A stretch of 64,000 nucleotides of DNA from Dehalococcoidia bacterium (lineage in GTDB: Bacteria; Chloroflexota; Dehalococcoidia; Tepidiformales; Tepidiformaceae), in the NCBI GenBank assembly GCA_022824925.1, contig JAJDYW010000018.1, positions 35 through 64,034 on the forward strand, in the 5' to 3' direction. Shown here piece after piece: positions 63,943 through 64,000 of this stretch. The first letter of the stretch is position 1. Each line of letters opens with the position of its first letter. The notes beneath the pieces were generated by a model, which was not told the origin of the DNA, ran no database searches, and was given only the letters and a program-made list of their open reading frames with translations. A program made the translations under genes and the position numbers.

Positions 63943-64000
63943 GCGCGTCGCCGCCAGGAGCGCTCGCCACCCCGCGTACGCGAGGGTTCCCGCTCCCCCG

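Noticed and set aside
63074-63970. Upstream part of the 577-aa ORF ending at 62237
   Set aside because: It overlaps the second acyltransferase gene in another frame and has an Arg/Gly/Ala-rich translation.
1-64000. CRISPR arrays, tRNA/rRNA genes, transposases/IS elements
   Set aside because: I scanned the intergenic spacers, which are all short. I found no regularly spaced repeats, no tRNA-like T-arm/acceptor patterns and no transposase-like ORFs. A tRNAscan/Infernal/CRISPR-finder run would be needed to confirm.

Overview
High-GC (about 70%) bacterial chromosomal segment. It is almost fully coding and mostly housekeeping. I saw no rRNA, tRNA, CRISPR array, transposase or clear prophage. The phylum is unresolved: T-box use, apparently leaderless promoters, a SecDF fusion and a PIM-like lipid cluster fit Chloroflexota/Thermomicrobia or a deep actinobacterial lineage.

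Plus-strand blocks:
- leuC-leuD-aat-leuB-gltA.
- tsaE-tsaB-ndk-ppiase.
- An 11-kb run of 11 tightly coupled genes (11306-22291): SirB1-like, Crp, GDPD, hemW, selB, a NurA / HAS-barrel / HerA trio, then TusA-like, DsrE-like and a TusA::MetE-like fusion.
- nadE.
- folD-prfB (with the classic +1 frameshift site), followed by an MA-type peptidase.

Minus-strand blocks:
- secDF-yajC.
- xerD.
- ribF-tyrS.
- A roughly 12.8-kb tryptophan supraoperon led by a Trp T-box leader: CADD/CT610-like gene, trpS, trpE, three inserted non-trp genes, trpG-D-C-F-B, a CPBP protease, trpA, aroH, scpA.
- glgC.
- A lower-GC secreted serine protease with internal tandem repeats.
- acpS-nnr-fabF-recJ.
- A Gp49/HigB-type toxin-antitoxin pair.
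- A phosphatidylinositol-mannoside-like lipid cluster: two acyltransferases, PHP, pimA-like, pgsA-like.

Most interesting:
1. The sulfur/selenium-relay-like TusA-DsrE-TusA::MetE module fused into the selB/NurA/HerA string.
2. The bacterial NurA-HerA pair with an extra stand-alone HAS-barrel-like protein.
3. The T-box(Trp)-controlled operon, which starts with a CADD-type pABA-synthase homolog and has three unknown genes wedged between trpE and trpG.

All functional calls come from reading the translated ORFs for motifs. No database search was run. The many long Arg/Gly/Pro/Ala-rich ORFs in alternative frames are GC-driven shadows and are not reported as genes.
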